Notes under the pieces: generated by a model
Database searches by the model: none
Told to the model about the DNA's origin: nothing
Seen by the model: only the letters and a program-made list of their open reading frames with translations
Origin: Chiloscyllium plagiosum
Lineage: Eukaryota
Direction: 5' to 3'
DNA length: 64,000 bases
NCBI RefSeq assembly: GCF_004010195.1
Contig: NC_057711.1
Span: forward strand, 124,341,782 to 124,405,781
Shown here: piece after piece, positions 51,074-63,630 of the stretch
Layout of the letters: the number at the start of each line of letters is the position of its first letter
Position numbering within the stretch: position 1 is the stretch's first letter
Translations under genes and position numbers: made by a program

Positions 51074-52654
51074 GGCTGTGTCAAGCTGTTGCTTGGCTTG
51101 TCTGTGACACAGCTTTTCCAATTTTGATACTAACCCCCAGGAGGACTTTGTAGGGTCAACAGGGCTAGTTTATTTTGCCGTTGTCATTTTCAGTGGCCAG
51201 GTCAATGCCAAGTGTTCCATAAAGTTTCATTTTGTTGTTGAGATTTTGCAGTAATTGATCCAACTAAGTGGCTTGTTAGGCCATTTCAGAGGGCAGCTGA
51301 GAGAGAACCACATTGAGAGTCACATTAGGCCAGATCAGGTGAGGATGGCAGATATCTTTCCCTGAAGCCCATTAGTGAATGAGATGTGCATTTCTGACAA
51401 TCAACAATGGTTTCATGGTTATCATTAGATCCTTAATTTCAGGTATTTTTATTGAATCTGCCATGGTAGGATTAGAACTATGGTCCCTAGAAGATTAGCT
51501 GAGTTTCTGGATTAATAGTCTAATGATAACACTGTTAGGCCATTACTTCCCCTCTTTATGCATAAATAACGAAAAGCTACCTTAGACTTGCTTATGGTCA
51601 TATCATCTCAACGTGTAGCTTACTAGAGAATGCTACTTGGTATAGCCAGCCTGCTGGCTGCAATGACTGGCCTGCAAGGCAGCCTCCTTGTATGTCAAGG
51701 AGCATTCAAGATTCCAGGTCCAAGTTGATGGAGGACTATTGCATAATATTCTCTCTCCATGCTTTCTGCTCCATTTTCCAGTCATATTACACACTCAGAA
51801 GCTGCACCACTGCTGTCCTTATACCTGTTACAGTCTCTGTGTGGATAAATCACCTATTTCTCTCCCATCTCTATGCAACACTCTCTGACATATTCAGGAA
51901 CTCACCACTGCATTTCTAAAAGCAGTTGAACTCTGTTCAATAGAAGAAAATGTCGAAACTTGGTCCAAATGAAATGTCATGCTGATGTCAGGATAGCACT
52001 AATTCAATCTCACCTTGGGTATGCTGGGGATGTTTCAACATTCACCTCTCCCTTCATTAAATGCCATCAATCTGTACAGTTTGGATACAGAAAGGGCACT
52101 GGACTTCAGCTGTGTTACAGGAAAAAAATCTGTGCTTTAGATTTGTTGTTTGATAACTTAAAATGGAAGCTAGAAAATCAACAACTTGTTTTACTTCTTT
52201 TGCCATTGATCATCTCTGACAAAATTATTCCTTTAACATATCTGACAGGGAACATGTAAGCTATTGGCAGCAGAATTTCTGTTGGATTAAGTCAATTAAA
52301 ATTACCGTCAATAGTTAAACTTTCGCATGCCAGAACAGTCCAATCAGGACACGAAAGCAAGTAAATTGCTGAGGCTAATTGTTGATATGAAATGCTGAAC
52401 TAAAGATCCAATCACTGTTGGATAATTCAACTCTCTGCTGTTCAACAATATATGTGGCGAGCGGGGGTGGGGGGATGGGGGAGGGGTAGCTGAATAAAAT
52501 AAGCTACTTGGAAACTTTTTGTCTACCTTTTTGCTACGCAGATCTGAAGCTGCAACTGGTGTGTGCATTGCAATAAAAGTTGCCTGAAACTACCACCGGA
52601 CTCAGAGTCTCATTGAAAACCATGGGATCTAACACTATCATTCCTAGAATTAAC

Positions 52655-52992
52655 TTAGAATAGAATCTCTACAGTGTGGAAACAGGCCCTTCGGCCTAAC
52701 AGGTCCGCATTGACCCTCCGAAGAGTAGCCCACCCAGATCCATTCCTTTACATTTACCCCAGACTAATGCAAACAATCTGCATATCTCTGAACACTGTGG
52801 GTAATTTAGCACAGCCAGTTCACCGAACCAGCACATCTTTAGATTGTAGGAGGAAATCAGAGCACTGAGAAGAAACACGCGCAGACATGAGGAGATAGTG
52901 CAAACTCCACATAGACAGATGCCTGAGGCTGGAATTGAACCAGGGTCCTGGCTGCTGTGAGGCAGTAGTGCAAACCACTGAGCACCCATGCC
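52655..52992 (-). mobile_element. HE1-type SINE
   Basis: Antisense head (gctcagtggtttgcactactgcctcacagc), core and tail. Confidence 0.9.
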
Positions 52993-53256
52993 ATCTTCTT
53001 CCCTTATCCCGGAGACTTTCCTTTTCTCATGCCTGCTTTTGATCTTGTTGCCATTTAGCAAAATTGCAATGATTTCTGACTTGAGCTAACATCAGGGATT
53101 ATTTTACTCCCAGGAATACGACTGGTTGTTTGTTCTGACTCATGGAATCTGCTTATGATGAAGTCTGAATGCAGGGCTTCAATCCTGTTCTAGGGAGGCT
53201 GCAGTCTCAGACTATACTGCACTTACTCTGATTAATTGATTGACTATTTATTTATT

Positions 53257-53387
53257 CTTAAGAATGTGGTGCTGGAAAAGCACAGCAGGTCAGGCAGCAT
53301 CCAAGGAGCAGAAAAATTGACGTTTTGGGAAAAAGCACCACAATCTTGACTCTTATCTCCATGCATCTGCTCTACTCACTTTCACCT
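53257..53387 (+). mobile_element. Penelope family A mini-element in a Rex/Babar tail
   Basis: Family A arms flanked by atttatttatt; 53390-53470 matches the Rex 3' end at 14895-14980. Confidence 0.7.
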
Positions 53388-54019
53388 GATTTATTTATTG
53401 TCACGTGTACTAAAGTACGATGAAAAGCTTTGTTTATTAGCACGTCAAGCAAATCATAGTAAGCAAGGATGTCTGCCTTTGGCTTACCTCAGAGTAAAAA
53501 TAACCTGAATCCCAGAGCTCCATAAACCCTATTATTTGCAACACGTATACATGATACTGATTGTTGTATTGCAGCTCACTAGCATAGCTATTTCATCATC
53601 TTTGAAGAGTCTAGATAGTATATGACTGCTGATGCTAGAAGTACAGCATCATATTATTAACATATACATTTTCATTATATTATAATTTTGATGATGGTGA
53701 AAGATAATGACTAATAGAAGGGTAACATTTGTAACTATTTTTAATAGATCATGGATATTATAAATATCAGCAGCTATTAAGCCAACCCACCACTATAGTG
53801 ATGCTGCGGCATGAGTCATTAATGTTCACACTCCACTTGGGCTACAACAAACAATTAAAACTTGCTGAAGAAAACTTAAGTTATAACTTGCTCTTCCAGA
53901 CCTCTATGCTGAATTATCACTCATATCTTCCCACATTTCTGTGGATTAAATTGACCAGGTACCCTAAATTGGCAGGGGAAATGTTGATGTATCTGTCCAG
54001 ATCTTGTAACAGTTATTAA

Positions 54020-55180
54020 ACATAGAACCATGAAGGATAGGAACAGAAGGAGGCCATTTGGCCCTTTAAGCCTGCTCTACCATTCATCACGATCATGGCT
54101 GATCATCCAATTCAACAGCCTAATCCTGCTTTCTCACCATAACCTTTGATCCCATTCACCCCAAGTGTTATAACTAGCCACCTCTTGAATACATTCAATG
54201 TTTTGGCACCCGCTACAGTAATGAATTCCACAGGCTTACCACTCTTTGGGTGAAGAAATGCCTCCTCATCTCCATTCTAAATGGCCCAACCTGAATCCTC
54301 AGACCGTGACCCCTGGTTCTGGACATGCCCAACATCGGTAACGTCCTTCTTGCATCTACCCTGTCTAATCCTGTAAGAATTTCATAGAGTCTCCATGAGA
54401 TCCCTCTTCGTTTGTCTGAACTCCAGTAAAAACTATCCTAATCTAGTCAATCTCTCCACATACGATAGTCCTGCCATCCCAAGAATCAGAGTCAAGAGTG
54501 TGGTGCTGGAAAGGAACAGCAGGTCAGGCAGAATCCGAGGAGCAGGAGAATTGATGTTTCGGGTATAAATCCTTCATCAGGAATGAGGCCTCATTCCTGT
54601 TGAAGGTCTTATGTTTGAAATGTCGACTCTCCTGCTCCTCAGACACAGCCCTGATCTGCAGTGCTTTTCCAGCACCACAGTCTCTATTCTGATCTCCTGC
54701 ATCTGCAGTCCTCATTTTCTCCTAATCCATCCCTGAATCAGTCTGGTAAACATTCGCTGCACTCTCTCGAGAGTAAGAGCATCCATTTTCAAAAAAGGAG
54801 ACCAAAACAGCACACAATATTCTAGGTGTGGCCTCACCAAGGCCCTGCATAACTGCAACAACACATCCTTGTTCCTGTACTCGAAACCTCTCACAACGAA
54901 GGCTATCTTACCATTTGCCTTCTTTACCACCTGTTGCATCTGCATGCTTACCTTCAGCCACTGCTGCACCAGAACACCTAGATCCTGCTGCACACTGCCC
55001 TCTCCCAATTTACAGCCATTCAGGTAGTAATCTGCTTCTTGTTTATCTTCCAAAGTGAATAATTTCACATTTACCCAAATTATACTGTATCTGCCATTGA
55101 TTTGCCTGCTCGCCCAACCTGGCCAGGTCATGCTGAAGGATCTCTGCATCCTCATCATAGTTCACCCTCCCACTCAACTT
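54020..55180 (-). mobile_element. CR1 LINE 3' portion
   Basis: QQDLGVLV, KANGKIAFVVRGFEYRNKDVLLQLCRALVRPHLEYC; CR1 3' UTR. Confidence 0.92.
54490..54723 (+). mobile_element. Penelope-derived palindromic mini-element, family A
   Basis: Perfect central palindrome caggaatgaggcctcattcctg; imperfect TSD ccatccc..gaatcag. Confidence 0.85.
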
Positions 55181-55924
55181 TTAGTTCTTCGTTCATATAG
55201 ACAGGAGGAGATCTTGGCCTAGTTGTTGTTGTATATCATATGATAGAATCAGGACGCATGTTTTATCCTTCACCCGCATGACTTCCATGAAAATAAAAAT
55301 TGAGAGACACGTAAAACAGACTGTTGATTATTTATCATCCGTTTTACACCATTTCATTAAGTCCAGGTACACCTCAATGAATTTTAGTGCTTCTTTTTTT
55401 ATGAAGAACAAGTCTGTACGCATCTAATTTATGTAGCTAAGACGTATAAACGTTTTGCGAATTATCCTTGCACCATGCAACAGCCAACACTGTGAGGCAT
55501 ATGTTTTTAATGGCAATGTCTAGACTTCAAAATCACACAACATATATTTGCTGGCTGGAAAACAGCAAAGTCGCACGTTACATTTTTTTTCCTAATACAG
55601 AAAGAAAATCACTTCAAAGAAAGTGTTAGGTTGATAGTTGAAATCTTCAGATAGTTTCCACCTGGCATTTTTAGCACGGCAACATGCAATTGGCTGTGAG
55701 CCAGATCTGACTTCGCATAACTATATGACACATGATTTGAAAGTTAGATTTTTGCATTAAAACTTTTACTTGAATTGTAGTCAAGTTGCTACACAGTGTT
55801 GAAGCGATTTCTTATTTTCTTCAAGTCATTTGTATCAGGCAAATCAAATTTCACTCGAGCAATATGTTATGACAGATAAATCAGTAACACGGGGCATCTG
55901 AGGACAGTGGTTAATTTTTAAAAA

Positions 55925-56135
55925 AAATTTGTTCATTGGATGTGTGTATTGCTGGTTAGGACAGTGTTTATTGCACATCCCTAGTTGCCCTGGGTGTAAT
56001 TAAGAATCAAATACATTGCTGTGGGTGTGGAGGTATGTGTAGGTCAGACCAGATAAAGATGGGAGATTCCCTCCTTTAAAGAACATTAGTCAACCACATG
56101 AGTTCTCACAGCAATTAACATTGTTTATATGGTTG
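55925..56135 (-). mobile_element. Head+tail derivative (SINE) of the Crack-like LINE
   Basis: Same junction as 11921-12095 (ctagttgccc|tgggtgtaattaagaatcaa). Confidence 0.55.
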
Positions 56136-56714
56136 CATGTCATGTGTTGAGTGCCCGGATGGCAAGACCCAGTATGCAGAGGGCTTCTACTTGGAGGTGG
56201 AATGTCTGGCCAGGCACAATCGAGTGGCAGCTAGCCAATTATCAATGCAGAGGTGAAATAGCAGGTCCGTTTGATACTGGAGCTGGATAGGAATTTGCAA
56301 GATCCACCATTCTCTAACGGATTGAAGGTTCCCCCTATCATCTTCAGCTGGCATCTGAACAGGCATCCAGCCTCTGCCATTCAATAGCATCACTCTGACT
56401 GCTAATATGGAGGTTTGTCTTCTTGCTAGTTCTGCTATTTATCATCCCTTTCCACTTTTCACCTAAGCCTCCTTATTCTGTGGAGAGCCAGTTACCCATT
56501 CAAATCATGAAGAATGTCTAAGCTCAGAAATAATAACCAATCAAACCCTGTGAATGACACATAATGTTCAATCTCATGTTGCATATTTCAAACTGCAGTT
56601 CCTGTGCAATACTGATCTTCATTTCCAAGTATTATTCTTTTTCATACAGGTCAATGAAGATAATAATTGACTCAATGGTTAATCAGCTGGTGGTATTTAT
56701 CAACTCTTAAAAAT

Positions 56715-56865
56715 AGAACAGTGCAGAATCCTGTTTCCCACTGATGGCAGCAGAAGACCCTTCTGCTTTACCAAGGCATCCTGGATGGTATTCATGAGTC
56801 CACAAGCACAACTGAGTGCAATACTGCAAAAAGGGATGAGAAACCTCCTGTACCTCACGAAGGAA
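56715..56865 (+). mobile_element. Harbinger Myb/SANT-like relic
   Basis: RILFPTDGSRRP..TKASW..YCK..NLL resembles the Myb/SANT exon 1 at 36162. Confidence 0.5.
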
Positions 56866-57841
56866 GTGGCATGGTGTAGTCACTGCAAAGTGTTATCCAT
56901 TTACTAATGAAAATCAGCTTCTTCCCTTACTTTTCATCTGTACAGGCATCTCCATCTCGCCGTCTTCAAATTTATTACCCTTTGGCTTTGCATTGTTGCA
57001 AAGCGCACAGCTGATAATATGATTCAAGCAGGAAAACTTGTCTTTGGTGGTCCACTATTTGGTTTTATTGTTACCCTATCACAAAAACCTCTCCTCTGCG
57101 GAGCTTTGTGGGTTCCCCATAGGTGTTATAGGTATCAGGTCTTCTCTGGATATGCCCTGACCTCAAGAACAACCCCCACATGGTTGACAGAGATCAAACA
57201 GTGGTGTAATGTGAGAGTGAGTGAGGATGTAAGAGTCATTAGAGCTCCCTGAGAAGTGGAGAACACAGACCAGCTGAATATTGACCAAGTGAGTGAAAAC
57301 TCATTTAATTTTTGACTGCTGACATGTGCAATGAATTAGCCCAGGGTATGTGTAGAAATTGAGAGATGCAATAGATCCCACAATTCTGGCTGCCTAATAT
57401 TTCTGTGTCTGTGTGAATCCCACAAACTCATTGTGAATGGGGCATGAGTGACCTCCCTGACTCACTCATGAGTGGCTAATTGTGAGATGCCATATGGATT
57501 GCACATTCTGACACTTAAAGTTAATGGCATTGAGTTGTTTTCATATCCTCAAGGACTTAGGTCCTCCTGAGGAGCTGACATAGAAGAGTAACAGAAGAAT
57601 GTGGCATAATCAAACACCATTTCCATTGTCTGGTTAATAGCTGAGCTATTTACACCATCTGCAGTATATTAGATTGTCTGGAATTCTTGGCATCTCACTG
57701 GAGCATGGTTTCCATCAGTCTAAGCTGCTTCACCCTCTAGAAATGCCCCTTTTTGCTGAACTTGCTATCAATGCACCTGGGGCCTGGGCCACCTTTAACT
57801 GGTTCATCTCCCGCTGTGCTAGAGCTAACTGAAACACTGGT

Positions 57842-58035
57842 TAAAAATCACACAACACCAGGTTATAGTCCAACAGGTTTAATTGGAAGCACACTAGCTT
57901 TCGGAGCGACGGTCCTTCATCAGGTGATTGCTCCGAAAGCTAGTGTGCTTCCAATTAAACCTGTTGGACTATAACCTGGTGTTGTGTGATTTTTAACTTT
58001 GTACACACCAGTCCAACACCGGCATCTCCGAATCA
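57842..58035 (+). mobile_element. Penelope-derived palindromic mini-element, family B (young)
   Basis: About 68-bp perfect inverted arms; exact 12-bp TSD TGAAACACTGGT at 57830-57841 and 58036-58047. Confidence 0.93.
57892..57926 (-). ncRNA. Intact minimal type I hammerhead ribozyme
   Basis: CAC-CUGAUGA-A-GGA(CCGUCGC)UCC-GAAA-GCUA-GUG: stem I CAC/GUG, palindromic AGCU stem III, predicted cleavage after CUA. Confidence 0.7.
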
Positions 58036-59735
58036 TGAAACACTGGTGAATTTGAGCCATTTTGGCTGTTTGAGGTGTTGTGGACACTGAATTAACCACA
58101 AGAAGAAACGCCAAGTAGAGAACTACAGGTGTGTAATATGTGTTGAAAGTTTTGTCAAGTTAGTATAATAATTCCTCCCAACTAACCTGTCTCTCAATTT
58201 ACTGCCTGCGAGCTATACTTAACATGAAAGACTTCTGGTGCCATTTGTTTTACATAAAACAAGAAGAACTGTTTATTCCTAATGAAAAGTATTTTATAAA
58301 ATTCAAGGAATGGCAATGATACAACGCTTAGACTATTGCCTCAAAAATCCCCTTTTTTCCTCCAGTCAGCAGGACAGAGTTAGAAGTTGAGATAAGATAT
58401 TATGTTCAAGATAGAAAGAAAGGCGGTAAGCCAAATGTCTGGACTCAGAGTATTTGAATCTCAGGCTAACAACTCTGACCTCCCAATATCTAAACCTCTT
58501 TAAGCAGCTCTCCGATAGTTTGGTGATGATAGAGCTTAAGCCTATGAATGGGTTACGGAGTTGAGTTGGTACCTTCTTCTGGGCAGTCTCCTTATTATAT
58601 TCTACTAATCAGATGATATGGTTCCTTGCTGAAAACGATCTTCCAGTTTGACTTTTACTGCTCCAATTTGTGTTTTGCTTCAGTGTTGCTATGGTTCCCT
58701 ACCAAATGGGCATACACGGTATGTCTACTCTCCAAGATCAATCCTTTCTTGGACCTCATTGCTCAAGCCATAGCTATTGACTACACACAGGGCTGCAGGG
58801 TTTGGCTTTATAATTCTGACCCATCATTTTTCCCGCCAGATTGCAAACTGGACATTTTCGCAACTGTTGCAAAGTTATGGGGTTAACCTCTATCTTCGGT
58901 TTGGTTGGTTTTCTGCCAAGTGGATGGTGATTAATCAGCAATTAATCCTTCTCCGTGCTAATTCCTGCTGTTCCCATGGTCAATTCCACAGTGGGGGATG
59001 ATGGAGTGGGGGCGGTGCAGGGCAGTGGAATGGGGGAGGTGCGTTCAGAGGCTGGACTAAATCATGAGTCTTATGGAGAATCGTAGTCTTTTTTTGGTCA
59101 CTTTAAAAATAAAGGTTAGAAGTTAGTTATAGAAGGAAAAGGAATGGATAGAGTTTGAACAAAAGTGAACTGTGAACAACCTTTGGCCAAAGTGAAGCCC
59201 TTTACTTTGTATGAACCCTGGTCTCCACCAATCCCATCCTCAATATATTTGATCTTGAACTGTGCTCCAGACACATTATCATTTTGCCAAAGCTATGATT
59301 CTAGAAACTTCCACGATGATAATGCAGCTAAAGTCATTACCCGAAACTCCTCTCCATTACCTTTGACTCCCCCTTCAGTCATGATTGGGCCTAACTTTAT
59401 CACCTTTGCTCTCAGTGACCCAAACTCCATTGCCCTTGACCAAGTGTCATTCACCCTAGACATGCCCCCAACCCCACCACCATTTTATACTGTCCTAGCC
59501 CAATGGAGCTGGCCCCACATTGCCCCTAATTTTATGCCCATCATTCTTGACATTTTTCTTTCAAATTTGATCTCTCATCGTGTTACTCACAACTGTTACA
59601 ATCTCACCAGCATTCTCCTTTCTATGAAACCCTCATATCTCATGACAATCATGTTTTATCTCCCATCTGAAATAGACCTTCCCTATGTAGTCCAATTTCA
59701 TCCCTCTATCCTTCAGGAGCATTTGTAAGGCTGCC

Positions 59736-59850
59736 AGCTCCCTCATTTTCCTCAGTCAGCCAAGGCTCAATTTCCTTGAGTGACTAGCTCCTCCCCTCAG
59801 TCAGCCATGACTGAATTTCCCTGAGCGACTAGCTCCCTCCCTCAATCAGC
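59736..59850. repeat. 45-bp tandem repeat, about 2.5 copies
   Basis: Unit ctagctcctcccctcagtcagccatgactgaatttccctgagcga; units start at 59784 and 59829. Confidence 0.75.
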
Positions 59851-60749
59851 TGTGCTCTCTATACATTGCACACTAATCCTTTCATGATTCGCATGATCAA
59901 CATTGCCTCAATCTCCCTGCATATTTCTCATGTAATCTCAATGTATAAGTGCCTCCTCTCCCCTGTTCCAATAATTCTTCACTGAATCCAAATCCACCAG
60001 GGAGATCATTTTACCTGCTTCACATGGTGTGAATCTGCAGGCACCTGTTATTTGTTCATTGTAGAGTTGTTTGCAAAGTACAACTTATCTGGCAAATTAA
60101 TATATGAGAAATACTAATCTATTACAAATAGGTTACCACTAGTTGCCAATGTAAAGCGTGATCCACCTTAATTCCCTCCTTTCATCTTGCTGTTTCACCT
60201 TCAGCACAATAGGTATGACTTTGTTTCACACTTTTCGGAGCGGCACAACATCCTGACCAGGGTTACAGAATTACTGTACAATGTACAGTTTGTTTGTAAA
60301 ATGACAAATCTGAAAATCAATAAAAATATAAATGCAAAGTGGCATATCACTTGTTAAAAATAAATGGAATAAATCTTTGCAGATACAAATGAAAGCAATG
60401 CAAAGAAAGTCTTGAGTAGGTAAACTGAAACTGACCAGTGATCAATAGCTCCTCTTATAGAGGATCATTCCAGCATAGAAATGTCATTATTAAACGTCTT
60501 GAGATCAAAAAGTTGACTGATGACCAATACTGAAAGATCTACCAATCTGTGATTTTCGTATGTCAAGTTAACAATTTTAAACTGCAACTAAATATTCAGC
60601 CAGATGCAATGATTACTTTAATTGTCATAGCCAGTAACATATTCTTTTATTAAGAAATAGCGTTGTATAATTTTCAAACCTAATACGTGCCACACTCTAA
60701 GCAACCAGCAATCCATTTCTATGTTGAAATGATGTTTGTTAGAGACAAT

Positions 60750-60975
60750 ATAAAGAATTAACTCTTTTATAGCATCTTTCATATCTGCAGAATATCTCAA
60801 CATTCTTTATAGCCAATAAAATCCTCTTTAAGTGTAACCAATATTGTCAGAATCATGTAGTCAACGTATACACAGCATGTACAACAAAACTCAGATGTAA
60901 AAGACCAGAAATCATTTTTTTTTGTGATAGTGATGGAGGAAGGAGGATTAGCTAGAAGAACTCTACTGTTTTTCA
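60750..60975 (-). mobile_element. Old DeuSINE-like (SacSINE1-type) remnant
   Basis: tttatagcatctttcat..agccaataaaat..aagtgtaacca..cacagca..gaccaga..tttgtgat pattern recalled from Deu-domain SINEs. Confidence 0.45.
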
Positions 60976-61729
60976 TTGACAGAAGAATGAGAAATCCCTA
61001 TGTTTTCTATCTTGTTAAGCCAGGAATTGTGGAGGATCAGAGAGATTTGGCACTCAAATAAGGAAATCACTAAAAATTAGTGTAGAGAAACAAAAAAATA
61101 ATTTAAAAGGCCAATTGAATGATGACTGTTTACTCAAGGATATTGCAGTGCACTGGTCTGTTTTATGTTACAGTTGTGTGGGGCTGTGGTTAGACGATGT
61201 CTAAGTGTTGCATTTAGTCCTGAGTATCTTACTCTATGAGACATGTATTGAGCTTAGAGGGGACATACAATGCAAGATGATGAGGATAATACCTGATCTA
61301 AAAGGGTTATATTAAAGCCATTGTAAAATACTTGGTGGTAAAATGCCTTTTGGATTTTTATTCAGCAAACTATACATTGTCTTTTACATCACAGCAGTTG
61401 GTACCAGGATTGAGTGGTTAATAGGTATTCAGAAGCAATAAAACAGGAAAGGTGGCTCAACTATTGTCATCCAAAAGAAATTAAGGATAGTATTAGATCC
61501 AGAAAAGAAATGTCTAAAATTGTCAGAAAAACACTCAAGTCTGAGAATTGGAAGCATTTTAGAATTCAGCAAAGGCGGACTATTATAAATGATGTGCTAA
61601 CAGAAAATTTGGAAAGCATTAATGGGAATAGACAAAGCCAGTATGATTTCCTGAAAGGCAAATCATGCTTAACAAATCTCTTGGAGCTTTTCTTTAAGGA
61701 TGTAACAAATAGAATAGATAAAGGACAAG

Positions 61730-61930
61730 GGCTGTTTGGCTTGAATGGCTGGTTTGCAATATAGGTGCACAGCAACAACATGACCTCAATTCCAACATCA
61801 ATTGAGGTCTGCTTCTCAAACTCTTTCCATTGCTTGAAGGACGGTGACCCTTAGGTTAAAACATCACAAATTGTCTTTCTCCAATGAGAGACTAATCTTA
61901 TGATCCAATAAGACTATGGTGACTTTCTTT
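61730..61930 (+). mobile_element. tRNA-derived SINE, second family
   Basis: ggtgacccttaggttaaa..ctccaatgagag..gactatggtgacttt; flanked by agataa repeats within CR1. Confidence 0.6.
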
Positions 61931-62196
61931 TATTTCAGATAAGAGAGAGCATGTGAATATGGAGTATTTGGATTTTCAGAAGGTCTTTGATAAGATTCCG
62001 CATGAGCGGTTAGTGGGAATTATTAAACAGACACAGCCGTGGAGATAATATAATGGTGCAGATTGAGAATTAACTGATAGACAATAAACAAAAATAAATA
62101 GACATTTTTCTGGGTGATAGGTAGTGATGAGTGGATACCTTAAAGATCCTAAATGGACCCTAGCTATTTACAATGACTAAGTTGAGGAAACTAAAT

Positions 62197-63084
62197 TGCA
62201 GCTTTAAGCTAGAATTTGTTGAGTTAGTCACAATGAAATTAAATGAAAGTAAATGAAATGATAAGAAAATAAACATACAAAGCCTGGTGAAGACCTAATG
62301 ATTACAAAGGTCAGAGAAATACCTCAAACCTAAGTATTGGATTCATTTACGCATTTATTGCAAGACTCAACGAGTTTCTGTGTTTTGCAGAAGGAATGTG
62401 TGTATGTTTATATGAAGTGCTGTAGCTCAACAGCAATGATCTCAACTGTCATAATAATTATGGAAAAGCTGAAGTTTGTTTAAAACAGACATAGTGAATC
62501 AAGGGGGACTATTGGTCAGTTAACAATTTGTAATTGTTGTGGAATTGTACGGTGTAAATATCGTTTGGTTGATTGGATGCCGTAAAAATTATGAGCAGCC
62601 TGAATGAGCTGGCCTGAGGTCAAAGTTTGTTCGGTCCAAAAGATAAGCTTCTTGCTTGGGAGACACAAGTAATTCTTAATGAGTTAATTGGTCAAACTGA
62701 TATGGCAAATTTGTGATGTCTGCCAGTAGTCAAACAGATCATTTGCTGGAGACTAGATGTGTCAAGGTTTGAATTCATTGCTTCTTTGTACAGATAGAGT
62801 GTAAAGAAAGATTGCCTCAGAGCATAATAAGCTAGCTCAGGAATGGAAGTCGTCTGGCTGGAGGCTGGAATTGATCACATTTTGGTCTGATCCTCAGACA
62901 TGTCTGCATAAATGAGTTCACTTGTGTTTGTAAGCATTGTATGGGTAAATGTTTGCAGTTTTTTTGTGTACTTTGCTTCAATAATTGGGTACATTTCATC
63001 TTTACAAGTATCTTAGGTTATTGATATTCAGAGTAAACCTGCCGGACCAGGGAAAGTGGGAGCAAAAGCCTTCATGATGTAACA
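62197..63084. mobile_element. LTR-like insertion within CR1
   Basis: About 890 bp of unrelated sequence separating ggaaactaaat and tttccaagtttctgatgac of CR1; TG..CA ends possible, no clear TSD. Confidence 0.4.
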
Positions 63085-63630
63085 TTTCCAAGTTTCTGAT
63101 GACAAAAAACAGATGGGATTAAATTGTGAAGAGGATGCAAGAAGGCTTCAAGTTATTTAGACAAGTTGAGTGAATGAGTGAACACGTGGCAGATGCAACC
63201 CAATGTGGCTAAATATGAAGTTGTATACTTTGGCATGATAAACAAAAAAAGCAAAGAAAACAGTGATATATTAGAAAATGTGAATGCACAAAGGAATATG
63301 GATTTCTTTGTACACTAGTCAAAAATAAGCATGCAGCTGCAGCAAACAATTAAGGCGGGAATTGATATATTAGCCTTCATTACAAGAGGATATGAGTTCA
63401 GAAATTGGAATGTCTTATTGCAGTTATACATGAGACAATACTTGGATGTTCACAGATTGACACTGGGGATGGAAGAGTAGTTCTGTGAGGAGAGATTGAT
63501 TCGACTGAACCCGTATTCACTTGATTTTCGATGGCGATCTGACTAAAATTTATAAAATTCTAACAAACAGACTAGATGAAAGAAGAATATTTTCCCTGCT
63601 ATTGAGTCTAGAAGCAGTGGTCACAGTCTC

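Larger units (their letters stand above)
49790..51552 (-). mobile_element. 5' portion of Crack-like LINE: tRNA-like head plus APE endonuclease
   Basis: Head with A/B-box-like motifs at 51469-51545, then KLEKLCHRQAKQQLDTAILTES..DRP, VVREPTREQNMVDLIL, SGHCTILVET. Confidence 0.8.
61030..63630 (+). mobile_element. Decayed CR1 LINE fragments with nested SINE and LTR-like insertion
   Basis: SQYDFLKGKSCLTNLLE, YLDFQKVFDKIPH, KFLMT/KFADD-like, ILAFITRGYEFRN. Confidence 0.75.

Noticed and set aside
57540-57800. Antisense Harbinger transposase C-terminus (APVR..AINQTM)
   Set aside because: Similarity is too weak to support by eye; it needs a translated HMM search
59165-59728. 187-aa ORF
   Set aside because: Pyrimidine-rich decayed sequence, probably L2-like, with no credible domain or splice structure
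59736-59850. CRISPR-like array
   Set aside because: Eukaryotic DNA; simple tandem units without unique spacers
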